64,000 nucleotides of DNA, taken from IMG/VR virus record IMGVR_UViG_3300025117_000036, positions 57,860 through 121,859 of that record; one strand, written 5' to 3'. Source of the stretch: a virus. Within the stretch, counting starts at the first letter, position 1, and each line of letters begins with the position of its first letter. The position numbers and the translations under genes are program-made. Positions 40,576 through 50,719 of the stretch are shown piece after piece. The notes beneath the pieces are model-generated. The model searched no databases and was not told where the DNA came from. It saw only the letters and a list, made by a program, of their open reading frames with translations.

Positions 40576-42267
40576 TTATTCACGATGCCAAACGGAATTA
40601 TACGATTTTTGTTTTTCAACATTGTTTGGCAAAGCATATCGCTCATAATCTGATTTAGTGTTTTCAATTGCAAAATCTAAAGCTGTTGCTTTTGCATAGT
40701 TGCGCCAAGCATCAATATCAGCCATAGAAAATTCTTTTGCTTTTTCCCTTAATTCCTCTAATTTTTCAGTGGAAATTTTGGTTTTTTCTTCAATCTCTTT
40801 TAACGTTAAGTTTACAGCAAAAGTAAATTGCTCTAATTCTTTTTCAGCCTTAAATTCTTTTAAAGATTCCAATTCACTTACATGTGTATTTACTTTGGCA
40901 AATAATTCTTCTTTTTCAGTTGCTAAATCATTTATTTTAGCAAACATATATCCCATCATTTTGCCATAGTTCATTTCACCAAACGGTTTAGAAACTTCAT
41001 TAACTAATTCAGCATTGGAATCAGTTTCATTTTGAAGCATAACTAATAATGCACTTACATCCAAATATTGATCAAGAGACATTTCTTTTTCTTCACCTTG
41101 TTCTTCTTTGTCTTCTTCTTTGTTTTCTTTCTCGTCTTTTTCTTTATCTTCTTTTTTGTTTTCTTCTTTGCTTTCTTCTTTGTTTTCTTGATCTTCAAAT
41201 TCTTCTTTTTTTTCTTCGTCTACTTCTTTCTGAAACTCTTCTTCTTTCGCAGAAGTTTTATCTTTATCTTCTACTTCTGATTCCTCAGACATTTTTCGAT
41301 TGCACATTTCTTCTGTTTTTTCTTCTTCGGTCACAGGTAACTCCTCCTTTGCAAAATTATTTTTGGTCATAAAATCTTCATCAAAATAAGCCATTTCCAT
41401 ATTGTCAATTTCAGCTATTTTTTTCAAAAGTTTCATTGACCAAATACGCCCCGCATTTCCCCCTCTCAATTGCCAAGCAATCCAACTACTTGATACCTTG
41501 TCATCTAAATTATCTTCAGCGTGGCGAGAAAAATACTTTGCAATATTTCGTATTTTTTCAGGGTTTGTAACATCACTTTTTGTTAGATGTGTGGCAATTG
41601 CTAAATTTCTTCCTGTTCCTCCAAGACCATGTTGTTTATATAAATCTAAACCTTCTTTGGCATTATTTTTAACTACATTAGGAATTTTAAAATTTAGTTC
41701 ATCATATTTTCCAAATTCTAATTTTACAATTTCTTTATATTCTTCTGCAAATTGTAAAACGGTAGCTTTTGCCATAGGTATAGCCGGAGTTACAAAAGAA
41801 CCTAAAATTGTAATTGCCTCAAATTTAAAATCTTTTAACTCTTCAATATCTCCATTTTTTTCTGTTTCAAAAACACTCATTTCTACGCTAACAGGTTTAT
41901 CTCCATCGCGTTTGAAAAATTCTAAAATTTTTCCAGAATATTTTTTCCACACATACGCGATAACGGAAAGCATAACTCTACCATCCGGTAATCTGGAGTC
42001 TTTTATGGTTGCGGATTCAGGAATGAATCCGCAAGGAACCTCGCCAGGATCATGAGTATAAATATCATCCAATCTATCGTCATATTTCCAAACAAGAGGA
42101 ACATTTTTAATAGTATGGGCATTTTTCATCAAAGATTCTTCACTAACAAATAAATGATGACGATTATCACCAGATGCAAAAAAATCAATTGATAAAATTG
42201 CAAAACTAGAATCTATATTTTCGCTAACTAATTGAACATCATTTACATCAAAATGAATCTTATTCAC
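40576..42267 (-). CDS. prohead protease / scaffold protein
   Basis: TIKNVPLV, H-D, VWKKYS, SVEM (protease Ser), FEAITILG...PAIP; acidic coiled-coil C-terminus. Confidence 0.8.
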   Translation of the reverse strand: MNKIHFDVNDVQLVSENIDSSFAILSIDFFASGDNRHHLFVSEESLMKNAHTIKNVPLVWKYDDRLDDIYTHDPGEVPCGFIPESATIKDSRLPDGRVMLSVIAYVWKKYSGKILEFFKRDGDKPVSVEMSVFETEKNGDIEELKDFKFEAITILGSFVTPAIPMAKATVLQFAEEYKEIVKLEFGKYDELNFKIPNVVKNNAKEGLDLYKQHGLGGTGRNLAIATHLTKSDVTNPEKIRNIAKYFSRHAEDNLDDKVSSSWIAWQLRGGNAGRIWSMKLLKKIAEIDNMEMAYFDEDFMTKNNFAKEELPVTEEEKTEEMCNRKMSEESEVEDKDKTSAKEEEFQKEVDEEKKEEFEDQENKEESKEENKKEDKEKDEKENKEEDKEEQGEEKEMSLDQYLDVSALLVMLQNETDSNAELVNEVSKPFGEMNYGKMMGYMFAKINDLATEKEELFAKVNTHVSELESLKEFKAEKELEQFTFAVNLTLKEIEEKTKISTEKLEELREKAKEFSMADIDAWRNYAKATALDFAIENTKSDYERYALPNNVEKQKSYNSVWHRE

Positions 42268-42315
42268 ACAAATATTTTCCTCCTTTCTGAGAAAGGAGTT
42301 AGTCTTTCTCTAAGT

Positions 42316-42519
42316 TTATCGAAATAACTCTAAAAGTTTTATAGAAAAGGGTCTTTCGCTATATGCTTTTTTAAACTTATCTGTTTTTACAAAATAGTAA
42401 TTCTTACTTTTATCAATATAAATGACAGGAAAATGATTCATGAAATGTTGGGCGATTCTTTCATTACATTTATACCATTCACTTAATTGATCCTGAGTTG
42501 GATTCAAAAAAAACCCCAT
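42316..42519 (-). CDS. small hypothetical protein
   Basis: 67-aa operonic ORF. Confidence 0.6.
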   Translation of the reverse strand: MGFFLNPTQDQLSEWYKCNERIAQHFMNHFPVIYIDKSKNYYFVKTDKFKKAYSERPFSIKLLELFR

Positions 42520-42542
42520 AATAATTCACCTTTTAAGTATCG

Positions 42543-43040
42543 TTATAAAATTATAAAATTTTCTATATCTTGATCAAACTGCATCCAATCTTTATAATTT
42601 TCAGCTTTATCTAATAATAATAAACATTGGGCCGTTACCGGAATTAAATTTCTTGAAAATTCTTGAAGAAAAGAATAAGTTGTAAAATCGTCTTCGTCTT
42701 GGGCTAATACCGCCGCTTCTGCCACTAAATTTTCAAGATCAATCATATATTGAAACATAATATCAAAGAAATCTAACGGAGAAGTATAATCTGAATTATC
42801 AGCCGGAGTTACACCATAGAAAGTAAGATTATTACGAAAGCCTTGATAAGAACTAATCTTATCTGCTAACGAAGGATATAAATGAGCCAATTTAGCATGT
42901 AAAATATTCTCTGTTTTATTCATAGCAAATTTAACACCTAAAACGCTCATTCCCCTATCAGCAATTCTATTACCTTCAAAACATTTTGTTAGAATTTGAT
43001 CTAAACGGTTATTTAATTGTTGTGGAATTAAAGAATGCAT
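42543..43040 (-). CDS. ferritin/Dps-like four-helix-bundle protein
   Basis: HAKLAHLYPSLADKI, AQDEDDFTTYSFLQEF resemble ferritin-like helices. Confidence 0.55.
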   Translation of the reverse strand: MHSLIPQQLNNRLDQILTKCFEGNRIADRGMSVLGVKFAMNKTENILHAKLAHLYPSLADKISSYQGFRNNLTFYGVTPADNSDYTSPLDFFDIMFQYMIDLENLVAEAAVLAQDEDDFTTYSFLQEFSRNLIPVTAQCLLLLDKAENYKDWMQFDQDIENFIIL

Positions 43041-43077
43041 TTATTTATAATCTCCTTTCTTGAAATTAGGAGATTAA

Positions 43078-43464
43078 TTAAAATGCAAACCAATGAATAG
43101 TATCAGTTGTCATTAAAATACCACTTAACATCCCGACAATGGTTATACTTCCGCTAGAGTTGGAAACTTTAATTTCGGAAGCACTTGTAGGAACAAGTAA
43201 AGACCCTGATCGTAAGATAGTAAGAACTTGTCCATAAGAAGTACCAAGACCAGTATTGATAATTACAGTACTTGCCCCACATTGAGCGGCAGAAATTTGT
43301 ACAGAACCAGCAGTAACCACACTACCAACCTCTAAGGCCGTGATTTGACCTTGAATAGTAGCAATGTTAGTTTGGGCAGTTTGAAACGCAGTACCAAGAA
43401 CGGCGTCCGCAGATGCACGATTCATTTTATTAATTTTTGTAGCAACACTATTTGAAATAGCCAT
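43078..43464 (-). CDS. putative virion protein
   Basis: 128 aa, AGGAGG RBS, S/G/T-rich. Confidence 0.6.
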   Translation of the reverse strand: MAISNSVATKINKMNRASADAVLGTAFQTAQTNIATIQGQITALEVGSVVTAGSVQISAAQCGASTVIINTGLGTSYGQVLTILRSGSLLVPTSASEIKVSNSSGSITIVGMLSGILMTTDTIHWFAF

Positions 43465-43565
43465 AAAATTTTCCTCCTAAATTTAACTAAACTATAATAA
43501 GATAATCTTTATTTACGAGGCCAATTAAACAATTATTTAATCGTTATAAATAAAGATTTGTTTTT

Positions 43566-45161
43566 TTATTTATTTTTTCCACCTCTTTGAATATTTCCCC
43601 CTGCCTGTCTTGTTTGCGCTCCTGAATCTTCAAGTTCACTTTCTGATTTTTGAGGTCTGCCTTTACCTTCTTGCGCGCTTTGTTGAAACGATGAAATAAT
43701 TGGAGTAAGTAAATCCACAAATCCCATCGCTTTTGATTCTTCAAGCATACGATACAGTTCTTGAGGTTTTAAACCCAAACTGCTCGATATTAATTGAGGT
43801 AATACGATGCCTTGAGTTGCCAATCCCATCGCTTTATCAAATCGCTGTTGACGATCCAAATAATAATCATTGCCTTGAAATTGTATTGAATATCTAAATT
43901 TCGTTCGCTTATTTACCCAATATTCCATAAATAAGGCAAATTGAGGATACAAGGATTGTTCTACAATTTTTGAATCGCTTTGGAAACTAAGTTGAGAATC
44001 AACTAGATTAGCCTTCAATTGAGATGAATATATTAAGGCAGTATCCATACCCGAAGAACTCATTTCAGAACGAGTCCAATCATCTAATATTTGGGTTTCA
44101 CTATCAAATGAAATAGCCTTCATATTTTCTAGGGGCGCACTAGCTACTTTAATTGCAGATGTAAGACTTGCCTTTATCAATGCTAAAAATTGGCCCAATG
44201 TTTTTGGGTCAATGGCAATCATATCTTTTACAGAAGCTTTTGATTCTTTAATTAAAGGAACTTCCCCTAACAAAATCTTACTAGCCGCCGCCATATTTGC
44301 ATCTTTCTGCAAAGTAATCATTGTGCTATCATGAATTAAATAGCGTAACATACCAGTAAATAACGGTGTAGCAACCATCTGAGACGTATCTAATTTAAAT
44401 GCTGTTGCAACATGAGGGGGTAAATCAACCCAATATGCAAATTGAGAATTTCCACGTAATTCAGGAGGCAAAGAAGGTATATATTCTTGTTTTTTATTAA
44501 GATTTTTGAATATTTCTCTAAATTTTTCAGCAAAAAACGGGTGATAAAGAGCAATGTCAATTCCCGATTGCAAAAAATAAGAAAAATCAAATGAAACCAA
44601 AAGATTATAACTACCCCTAGCCGTTATTTTACAATACCTTAATGGTAATTCTTGTAAAACAATTTTATCTTTATCTTCTCTAAGAGAAACTACACAAACT
44701 TCATTTCTCAATAGTTGTTTTACAACATTTCTAAAAAACAATTTGTATTCAAATTTATCTAAAAATTCATAAAGAATTTGTTGATCTTTCTTATACTTAG
44801 GAGAAGCATAATCTTTAGAATCAGCATTTGACACAGTATAAAGTAAATCAAACGATAAATGAGATGCCATATAAGATAAAATTCTTTTAAATGGCATATG
44901 CACCGCTTCAAAATATTCAATATAAGAACGAATAACCTCTTCGCTATCTTTAAGATTAGAAAATGCATTAGATACATCTGTTTCTGAAGGAGATAGAGGA
45001 GAATAAGAAATTTCCTTTAATCTAGCATTTAGTAAATCTGGTGTATAAATACCTGGATAAAAACCCGCTAAACTTTGAGCAAAATCTAATACATTCCAAA
45101 CTTGCTCTTTCGTTAATAAAATTTCATCTTTTTTTTGTTCAATTTTCTTTGATCTAGCCAT
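43566..45161 (-). CDS. portal protein
   Basis: 531 aa directly after the terminase; LQELPLRYCKITAR, FDFSYF, C-terminal GRPQKSESELEDSG. Confidence 0.8.
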   Translation of the reverse strand: MARSKKIEQKKDEILLTKEQVWNVLDFAQSLAGFYPGIYTPDLLNARLKEISYSPLSPSETDVSNAFSNLKDSEEVIRSYIEYFEAVHMPFKRILSYMASHLSFDLLYTVSNADSKDYASPKYKKDQQILYEFLDKFEYKLFFRNVVKQLLRNEVCVVSLREDKDKIVLQELPLRYCKITARGSYNLLVSFDFSYFLQSGIDIALYHPFFAEKFREIFKNLNKKQEYIPSLPPELRGNSQFAYWVDLPPHVATAFKLDTSQMVATPLFTGMLRYLIHDSTMITLQKDANMAAASKILLGEVPLIKESKASVKDMIAIDPKTLGQFLALIKASLTSAIKVASAPLENMKAISFDSETQILDDWTRSEMSSSGMDTALIYSSQLKANLVDSQLSFQSDSKIVEQSLYPQFALFMEYWVNKRTKFRYSIQFQGNDYYLDRQQRFDKAMGLATQGIVLPQLISSSLGLKPQELYRMLEESKAMGFVDLLTPIISSFQQSAQEGKGRPQKSESELEDSGAQTRQAGGNIQRGGKNK

Positions 45162-45230
45162 TAAACCTCCTTTCTTTCCTGAAGATTCAATGACTTTTCC
45201 TCAAGAATAAAATCCATCTTTTATAATTCC

Positions 45231-47066
45231 TTAAAAATTAGTTACTGCTAACATTGCCGCTAAATCATCACTTTCTTCTTTTTCTTTTAGCAACTCTATA
45301 TCAAAAACATCTGAAATAATAGAATTAGCATATAAAATAGAACTAAATCTGTCTTTATAACAACCCGGTCTTTCAACTAATTTAACTAAACCGTTTACTA
45401 ACTTCATATCCAAATTAATACATTCATTAATAAATAAAGATGTATTAACATAAGGGCTAAGAAAAAATGATGAAGTTGCAGAATCATTGCTGTCTTTTCT
45501 AAATTCTTTATTGGTTCTAATTAAAAATTCTTCTGCATCTATTTCAGATTTTAAAAATTTCCATAATTTTTTCTGTAAAGACGATCTTAATGCAGATGCC
45601 ATAACACTATTGCTTTGTTGTGATGCTCGAATAGGATATATTACGGGCATTGCACCGATTCCTAAAGTACGATCCATCAACTCTATTCTTAATGTTTCAT
45701 CAATGTAAGGATCGTTAGCTACTGTCATAGGAGGAAAAATAATTCCTCTTTCGTCACAATTAGTATTTTGACTTAGCGTGTCGAAAATTCCGATGCCCGC
45801 GTTCTGTAAATCCAGTACTAAAAACGAACTTTCACTGTCAAAGAAAATTTCTTTAATTCTTTTTGTTTGCAATAACGTATTGATGCCCTTAAAACTTTCT
45901 TGGTATATTAAGTGTCTCTCGTATCCTTTTCCCTTCAACGGAATAAGCCTTATGACTGAAACAATAGTAAGATCATTCGCTTTTCCAGCCCTTGTAGCAA
46001 CATCTACGCTAACTATTTTAATTTCACCCTCTACTGATTTAAGTTGATAAGGATTATGCCTTGGATCAAATGTAGATTCTCTTTGAGGATAAAAAGCTAA
46101 ACTTAATGTTCTAGAAAACATTGACGGTTTGAAAAATGCTTTACTACTACTTCCAGCGGGAATATTTAAGTATTCCATCTGAATAGAAACAGCATCCATA
46201 TCTGCCATTTCATTTTTCAGCATTTCTTTAGTCTTAATATTATGATAAAGACTTATTAAATAATCAAACGCTAAAAAGTTTGCAGTTTCATCACCTGAAA
46301 CCATCCTCCGAATACACGTTTTTACATACTGATACCAATATTCTGCAATATACCAAGAAGATGTAATATAAGAAATAATTCCTTCTTCAATAAGGTCTTT
46401 ATCTTTAGAATATTCTGGTTTTAAACGATAAGGAGGAGTACGAACTTCCAAAAATGGTTTAATTACCGATTCCAAAATATCTTTTGCTACCAAGCGAGAT
46501 TCCTCTACAATAATGTAGTTTGCCCTGTTCCCTCTCGAACTATCCGAACTTGGTACAACCTTAATTGTACTTCCACAATGCATAATGACTTCATAAGTAT
46601 TTGCATTGGCAGTATATGAACGTACTTCTCTAGCCACATTAGGATGAGTTTCAATTAATCCTTTTATTTTTTCACTAATTAAAATGCCACCTTGCTTTAA
46701 TGTTTTAGCACATACAATTATTTTAATACCTGGATACAAAACACCTAATGTTAAAGCCCAAACAGCAATCAACCAAGTTTTAGCACTTGCACGACTTGCA
46801 ACAATATAAGCGAGATTGCTTCGTTGTAAAACCCAAATCATAAGAATTTGATAGGGGTGAAGATGAATACCAAAGTACGTATTAATTAAGCGCGCTGGAT
46901 TGCGACGAAAGAAAGTAATCCATCTGATTAATCTTGATTTTTCTTCTTCGTCAATTACTCCATGAAGAACCATATCTTTTGGTTTTTGAAAATCATTATT
47001 ACTTTGAGCATGTTTTTTAAAATCAGATTTAAGATGTGCTGATTTTGGCATAATATTAACTTTCAT
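45231..47066 (-). CDS. terminase large subunit
   Basis: LHPYQ, ASRASAKTW (Walker A-like), RGNRANYIIVEESR (Walker B), VSVDVA, KDRFSS nuclease domain. Confidence 0.92.
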   Translation of the reverse strand: MKVNIMPKSAHLKSDFKKHAQSNNDFQKPKDMVLHGVIDEEEKSRLIRWITFFRRNPARLINTYFGIHLHPYQILMIWVLQRSNLAYIVASRASAKTWLIAVWALTLGVLYPGIKIIVCAKTLKQGGILISEKIKGLIETHPNVAREVRSYTANANTYEVIMHCGSTIKVVPSSDSSRGNRANYIIVEESRLVAKDILESVIKPFLEVRTPPYRLKPEYSKDKDLIEEGIISYITSSWYIAEYWYQYVKTCIRRMVSGDETANFLAFDYLISLYHNIKTKEMLKNEMADMDAVSIQMEYLNIPAGSSSKAFFKPSMFSRTLSLAFYPQRESTFDPRHNPYQLKSVEGEIKIVSVDVATRAGKANDLTIVSVIRLIPLKGKGYERHLIYQESFKGINTLLQTKRIKEIFFDSESSFLVLDLQNAGIGIFDTLSQNTNCDERGIIFPPMTVANDPYIDETLRIELMDRTLGIGAMPVIYPIRASQQSNSVMASALRSSLQKKLWKFLKSEIDAEEFLIRTNKEFRKDSNDSATSSFFLSPYVNTSLFINECINLDMKLVNGLVKLVERPGCYKDRFSSILYANSIISDVFDIELLKEKEESDDLAAMLAVTNF

Positions 47067-48096
47067 CCATTGACGTTATATCAAAATCTTCTTCGTCACC
47101 ATCGGAATCATCATCTACATTAAAATCCCGCGAAAGCGTAATAAAATTTTTCAATGGCCTAGAAACATATTTTTCAAAATACCATTCAATATTATCAAAA
47201 TCTTTAAATAATTTTTTATCTTTATAATATTCCGCGGGTTCATTTTCTTCAATAGTTTTAATAAACGACGAAAAAGTATCTTGACTTTTACCCGCTCCTG
47301 CAATTGAAGTTTTAGCGGGATCAACGCTTGCCGTTTTCATTAACTCTTGAAGCATTTTTACTCCGTTCGACACAGATTTTCCTTCTTGACGCATCTTACG
47401 AATATCCAAAGTGCAAAAACAAATTTCTCTCAATAATGACTCTTCTGCCGCTGTATCACATTTATGTGTTTTTTTAAATCGGGAAAGTTCTCTTTCCAGA
47501 AAACTATAATCTTCTGATTCCATTCCTTCCCCCCAAAAACTAACCAATTTTTCAACAACATCATCACCATATTCTGTAGGATCAAGAGGAGGAGCATCGT
47601 ATTTTGTATTTTCTCGAAATGACAAATTGTCTAAAGATGAAAAACCAATTCCAATACCTGTATTATTAAGATTTTTTCGATATACACCAAATACATTTTT
47701 TGCTATACCACCCTTTGCCTCTATTCCATCAACATATTGTCTTGTAACTTCTACTGCCGTTGGTTCATAAAGAACATTTAAATCCTTACAAGTTCTATAT
47801 ATTGCTTTTTCAAAAGACTTTTCAGAAGAAAGATAAGTATGGTAAAGATCATTGACGCAAAATCGGCAAACACTCATTCTTCCAGTTCCCATAGCGTCAA
47901 TTGGGTCTGTAGCAATATAAAAATCTTTCAGAGGATGACGACTTAAACACTTTCCGCGGCATACCCAACTTTTTAATTCTCTTACGTTTTTGTCATTGTC
48001 AAAAAACCTGGAAACTCCCATTTTAATTGACTTTTTTTTTAAATCTTTTTTATTGCTGTCACCATCATTATCATTATCATCTAAATTCATACCCAT
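47056..48096 (-). CDS. putative terminase small subunit / Zn-binding protein
   Basis: CRGKC...CRFC, FWGEG...DYSFLE, FIKTIEENEP; overlaps the terL start. Confidence 0.55.
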   Translation of the reverse strand: MGMNLDDNDNDGDSNKKDLKKKSIKMGVSRFFDNDKNVRELKSWVCRGKCLSRHPLKDFYIATDPIDAMGTGRMSVCRFCVNDLYHTYLSSEKSFEKAIYRTCKDLNVLYEPTAVEVTRQYVDGIEAKGGIAKNVFGVYRKNLNNTGIGIGFSSLDNLSFRENTKYDAPPLDPTEYGDDVVEKLVSFWGEGMESEDYSFLERELSRFKKTHKCDTAAEESLLREICFCTLDIRKMRQEGKSVSNGVKMLQELMKTASVDPAKTSIAGAGKSQDTFSSFIKTIEENEPAEYYKDKKLFKDFDNIEWYFEKYVSRPLKNFITLSRDFNVDDDSDGDEEDFDITSMDES

Positions 48097-48129
48097 ATCC
48101 TAATACTCCTAACAATAAATAAATATTGT

Positions 48130-49431
48130 TTATACGAAAATATTCAAAGCATCTAAAATTCCTAATTCTCCATCAATAATAAAAACCTGTGTCCTTTGAT
48201 CATTTTGAACATAACCCTTACTGGCACTCCATCTTGAAAAACCGGAAATAGTAGGCCAGCGAATAATTTCTAAAGAACCCTGATTGTCATATTGCATAGC
48301 TCGATGTAAATGTGCCAAAAACCAATAATATTTATTACAAAAACTCCAATTTTCCTTTGATTCTGTTGTCATTAAAGAAAGAGCGTTTTTAATGACAATA
48401 TCATGAGAAAATCCAAGTAATACTTTATCAAACCGATAATACTTTCTAGGTAGTTGACTTATATCTACGGTTACATCTTTATTATCTTTAAAATAATATT
48501 GAATAGCCTTCATTACACCATACATTGATTGATGATCATGATTTGAAACTACATTAACAATTTTTACTTTAGATATTTCTAACAAACTCAAGGTTCCAGA
48601 AATAATTAGTTCGATTGCTTTATCAAACATTTCAAACCAAAATGAATCATTGTCTTGTGCTGTTCCAGCCGTAGTTGTGCCGGATAAATTGTCGAAATTT
48701 AAAAAGTCGTTTCCGACAACAAAAACTATTTCTTGAAATCTTTGATTAGCAACTCGCTCTTTTATTTGAGCAATTGCATTATTGAATGAAAGTTCAGCAA
48801 TTTCAATGTTGTATTCATTACCTGTAGAAGCTTGAGTTGCCAATAATCCAAGATGCAAATCTGCAATTGGAACAACTAAAACCTTATTGTTTGGGAAATA
48901 AAAGTTTGGTTTTATCTTAATTGGAGATAAATTTTTTATTTTTAAACTTTCAAAGAGCCTATCTACTAATTCAGTAGACCATTCGAGTTGTTTTTTGGGA
49001 GCAACAGTAATCTTAGATTGATAAAGAATTGTCCGATCTACTCCACCTTTCTGTAAACCATGCCACAAATTGTTGCGCGCGTAGACAAGATTCCACTTAT
49101 TCGAATCAAATCCATGCGCATTCAATAAAAATTCAGGAGTTTTTTCTTGTGCATTACAAATTTCTATAAGTTTATCCGATGTAATACTACCATCTTTATG
49201 ATATTCTATAGATTCTCCATATTGATTGTAGGCATATGCACCTTCTTCTTCTAGTTCTTCTTTTCGATCTTCATCGTAAATTTCTTGAATTTTTCTCTTA
49301 ATTTTTTCTCTACGAAAAGCAGAACGAATTGCATCTTTTGAAGAATATCCAAATTTCTTAGATAGTATGTCCCAAGATTCGTCTTTATTCTTATTTAGAC
49401 AATATTCAAAAATTCGCTGTTTCAATTTCAC
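48130..49431 (-). CDS. calcineurin-like metallophosphoesterase
   Basis: ADLHLG, GNDF, SNHD, SHD, AHLH. Confidence 0.85.
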   Translation of the reverse strand: MKLKQRIFEYCLNKNKDESWDILSKKFGYSSKDAIRSAFRREKIKRKIQEIYDEDRKEELEEEGAYAYNQYGESIEYHKDGSITSDKLIEICNAQEKTPEFLLNAHGFDSNKWNLVYARNNLWHGLQKGGVDRTILYQSKITVAPKKQLEWSTELVDRLFESLKIKNLSPIKIKPNFYFPNNKVLVVPIADLHLGLLATQASTGNEYNIEIAELSFNNAIAQIKERVANQRFQEIVFVVGNDFLNFDNLSGTTTAGTAQDNDSFWFEMFDKAIELIISGTLSLLEISKVKIVNVVSNHDHQSMYGVMKAIQYYFKDNKDVTVDISQLPRKYYRFDKVLLGFSHDIVIKNALSLMTTESKENWSFCNKYYWFLAHLHRAMQYDNQGSLEIIRWPTISGFSRWSASKGYVQNDQRTQVFIIDGELGILDALNIFV

Positions 49432-49621
49432 CTCTTATCTAATTATTTTTTATAAATAAGCACAGAGAATCCCGCTCATTCTCTGGCACTCTCACAAGCT
49501 AATCGCGGGGCTTGCTATTTGCACGTATACGCGCAAATAAAATGAGATTTTTATTAATTAAATTTAATGTTAGTATTAATATTAAATAAATTTTTAGTTT
49601 CGATAATGCTCCTTATCGCTA

Positions 49622-50719
49622 CTACCAATTAACCTTGAAGCTGTACTGCATAAGGTTGGCCTCGGCCATAGACCCCTTGTACGTCACCACGCGATAAGTG
49701 TCCGTAGCTCCGTCATAAGTCAAATCGCCATAACCGCCATCCTCAGCCGCGTCATCCAGGTAAATGGGTTTCGTCCAGGTTGCCCCTGCGTTCGCTGAAA
49801 GCCAAATCGCATTTCGCCGGGGGTGGCTGGTGCCCGGACTAGTCAGCACAAAACCGCACATAATCAGGTGAGTGTCCGTCCACCAGTTCGCCTCACCCTT
49901 GAGATGAGCATCGGTAAACATCCGATTGCGGCCAATCACGTTGATCGACGACTCTACTCTGTATAGTGGCCCCCACGTCGCTCCAAGATCATCTGACTGC
50001 TGCCGTCTGCTGATTGCATTGGAAACGTCTCGGTGATAGACAATAATTTTGTTGTCGCCGATATACTCAGCAGCCGCTTCGTGCGTTCCGTCGGTATAGA
50101 CCGACATATCACTCACCCAGGCCCAGGTCGCGCCGTTATCCTCGGACTTGTAAAGGCACATTTTGACGGTGCTGTAGATCGTCCCGTACACTCTACCGAC
50201 CATGTAAATCGTGTCGCCTAAGATAAAGTGCTGCTCGGTCATCCCCGAATAATCGTCTTCTACCAGCGATTGCCCGGTGAAGTGGATCTGCTCCCAGGCT
50301 CCCCAGGTTATGCCGCCATCTGTAGACTTGATGCGCCAGGTCCCGTGCATGGAAATCGGAGCAGTGTAGTTCGCCTTCCAGGTGTGCAGGTAAACATCAC
50401 CGTTCGGAGCCTGGAAAATATAGGTGTCACCCGGTCCCTCCGGGTCTTCCGCTCCCGCATCCGGGTAGGCCGGGAAGCCAGCAACGGGATTACCGTTCAG
50501 GTCCGTGTCTTCCGCTGTCCAGGTTGCGCCGCCGTCATCGCTAAAACGGATATGCACCACGTCGTCCAGGTTCTCGGGGTGTGATGTAGACTCTTCGTAA
50601 ACCAGAATAGTATTGCCGTCTGACAATGTTTCCATCGTCGCACGCCCAAACCAGCGCGTCGATTCTGATGCGATAACACTGGACGTTAGTTCTGAAAGCG
50701 TAGGCCCGCCAGCGACTAA
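49622..50719 (-). CDS. sialidase-like BNR/Asp-box beta-propeller (start uncertain; possibly reached by -1 frameshift)
   Basis: Five Asp-boxes: SDDGGATW, STDGGITW, SEDNGATW, SDDLGATW, SANAGATW; DGGYGD. Confidence 0.85.
   Translation of the reverse strand, partial: LVAGGPTLSELTSSVIASESTRWFGRATMETLSDGNTILVYEESTSHPENLDDVVHIRFSDDGGATWTAEDTDLNGNPVAGFPAYPDAGAEDPEGPGDTYIFQAPNGDVYLHTWKANYTAPISMHGTWRIKSTDGGITWGAWEQIHFTGQSLVEDDYSGMTEQHFILGDTIYMVGRVYGTIYSTVKMCLYKSEDNGATWAWVSDMSVYTDGTHEAAAEYIGDNKIIVYHRDVSNAISRRQQSDDLGATWGPLYRVESSINVIGRNRMFTDAHLKGEANWWTDTHLIMCGFVLTSPGTSHPRRNAIWLSANAGATWTKPIYLDDAAEDGGYGDLTYDGATDTYRVVTYKGSMAEANLMQYSFKVNW

Noticed and set aside
41049-42055. Antisense ORFs (also 20545-21003, 39436-39792, 50228-50584, 54198-54524, 62941-63213 and similar)
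   Set aside because: Shadow frames opposite well-supported genes.
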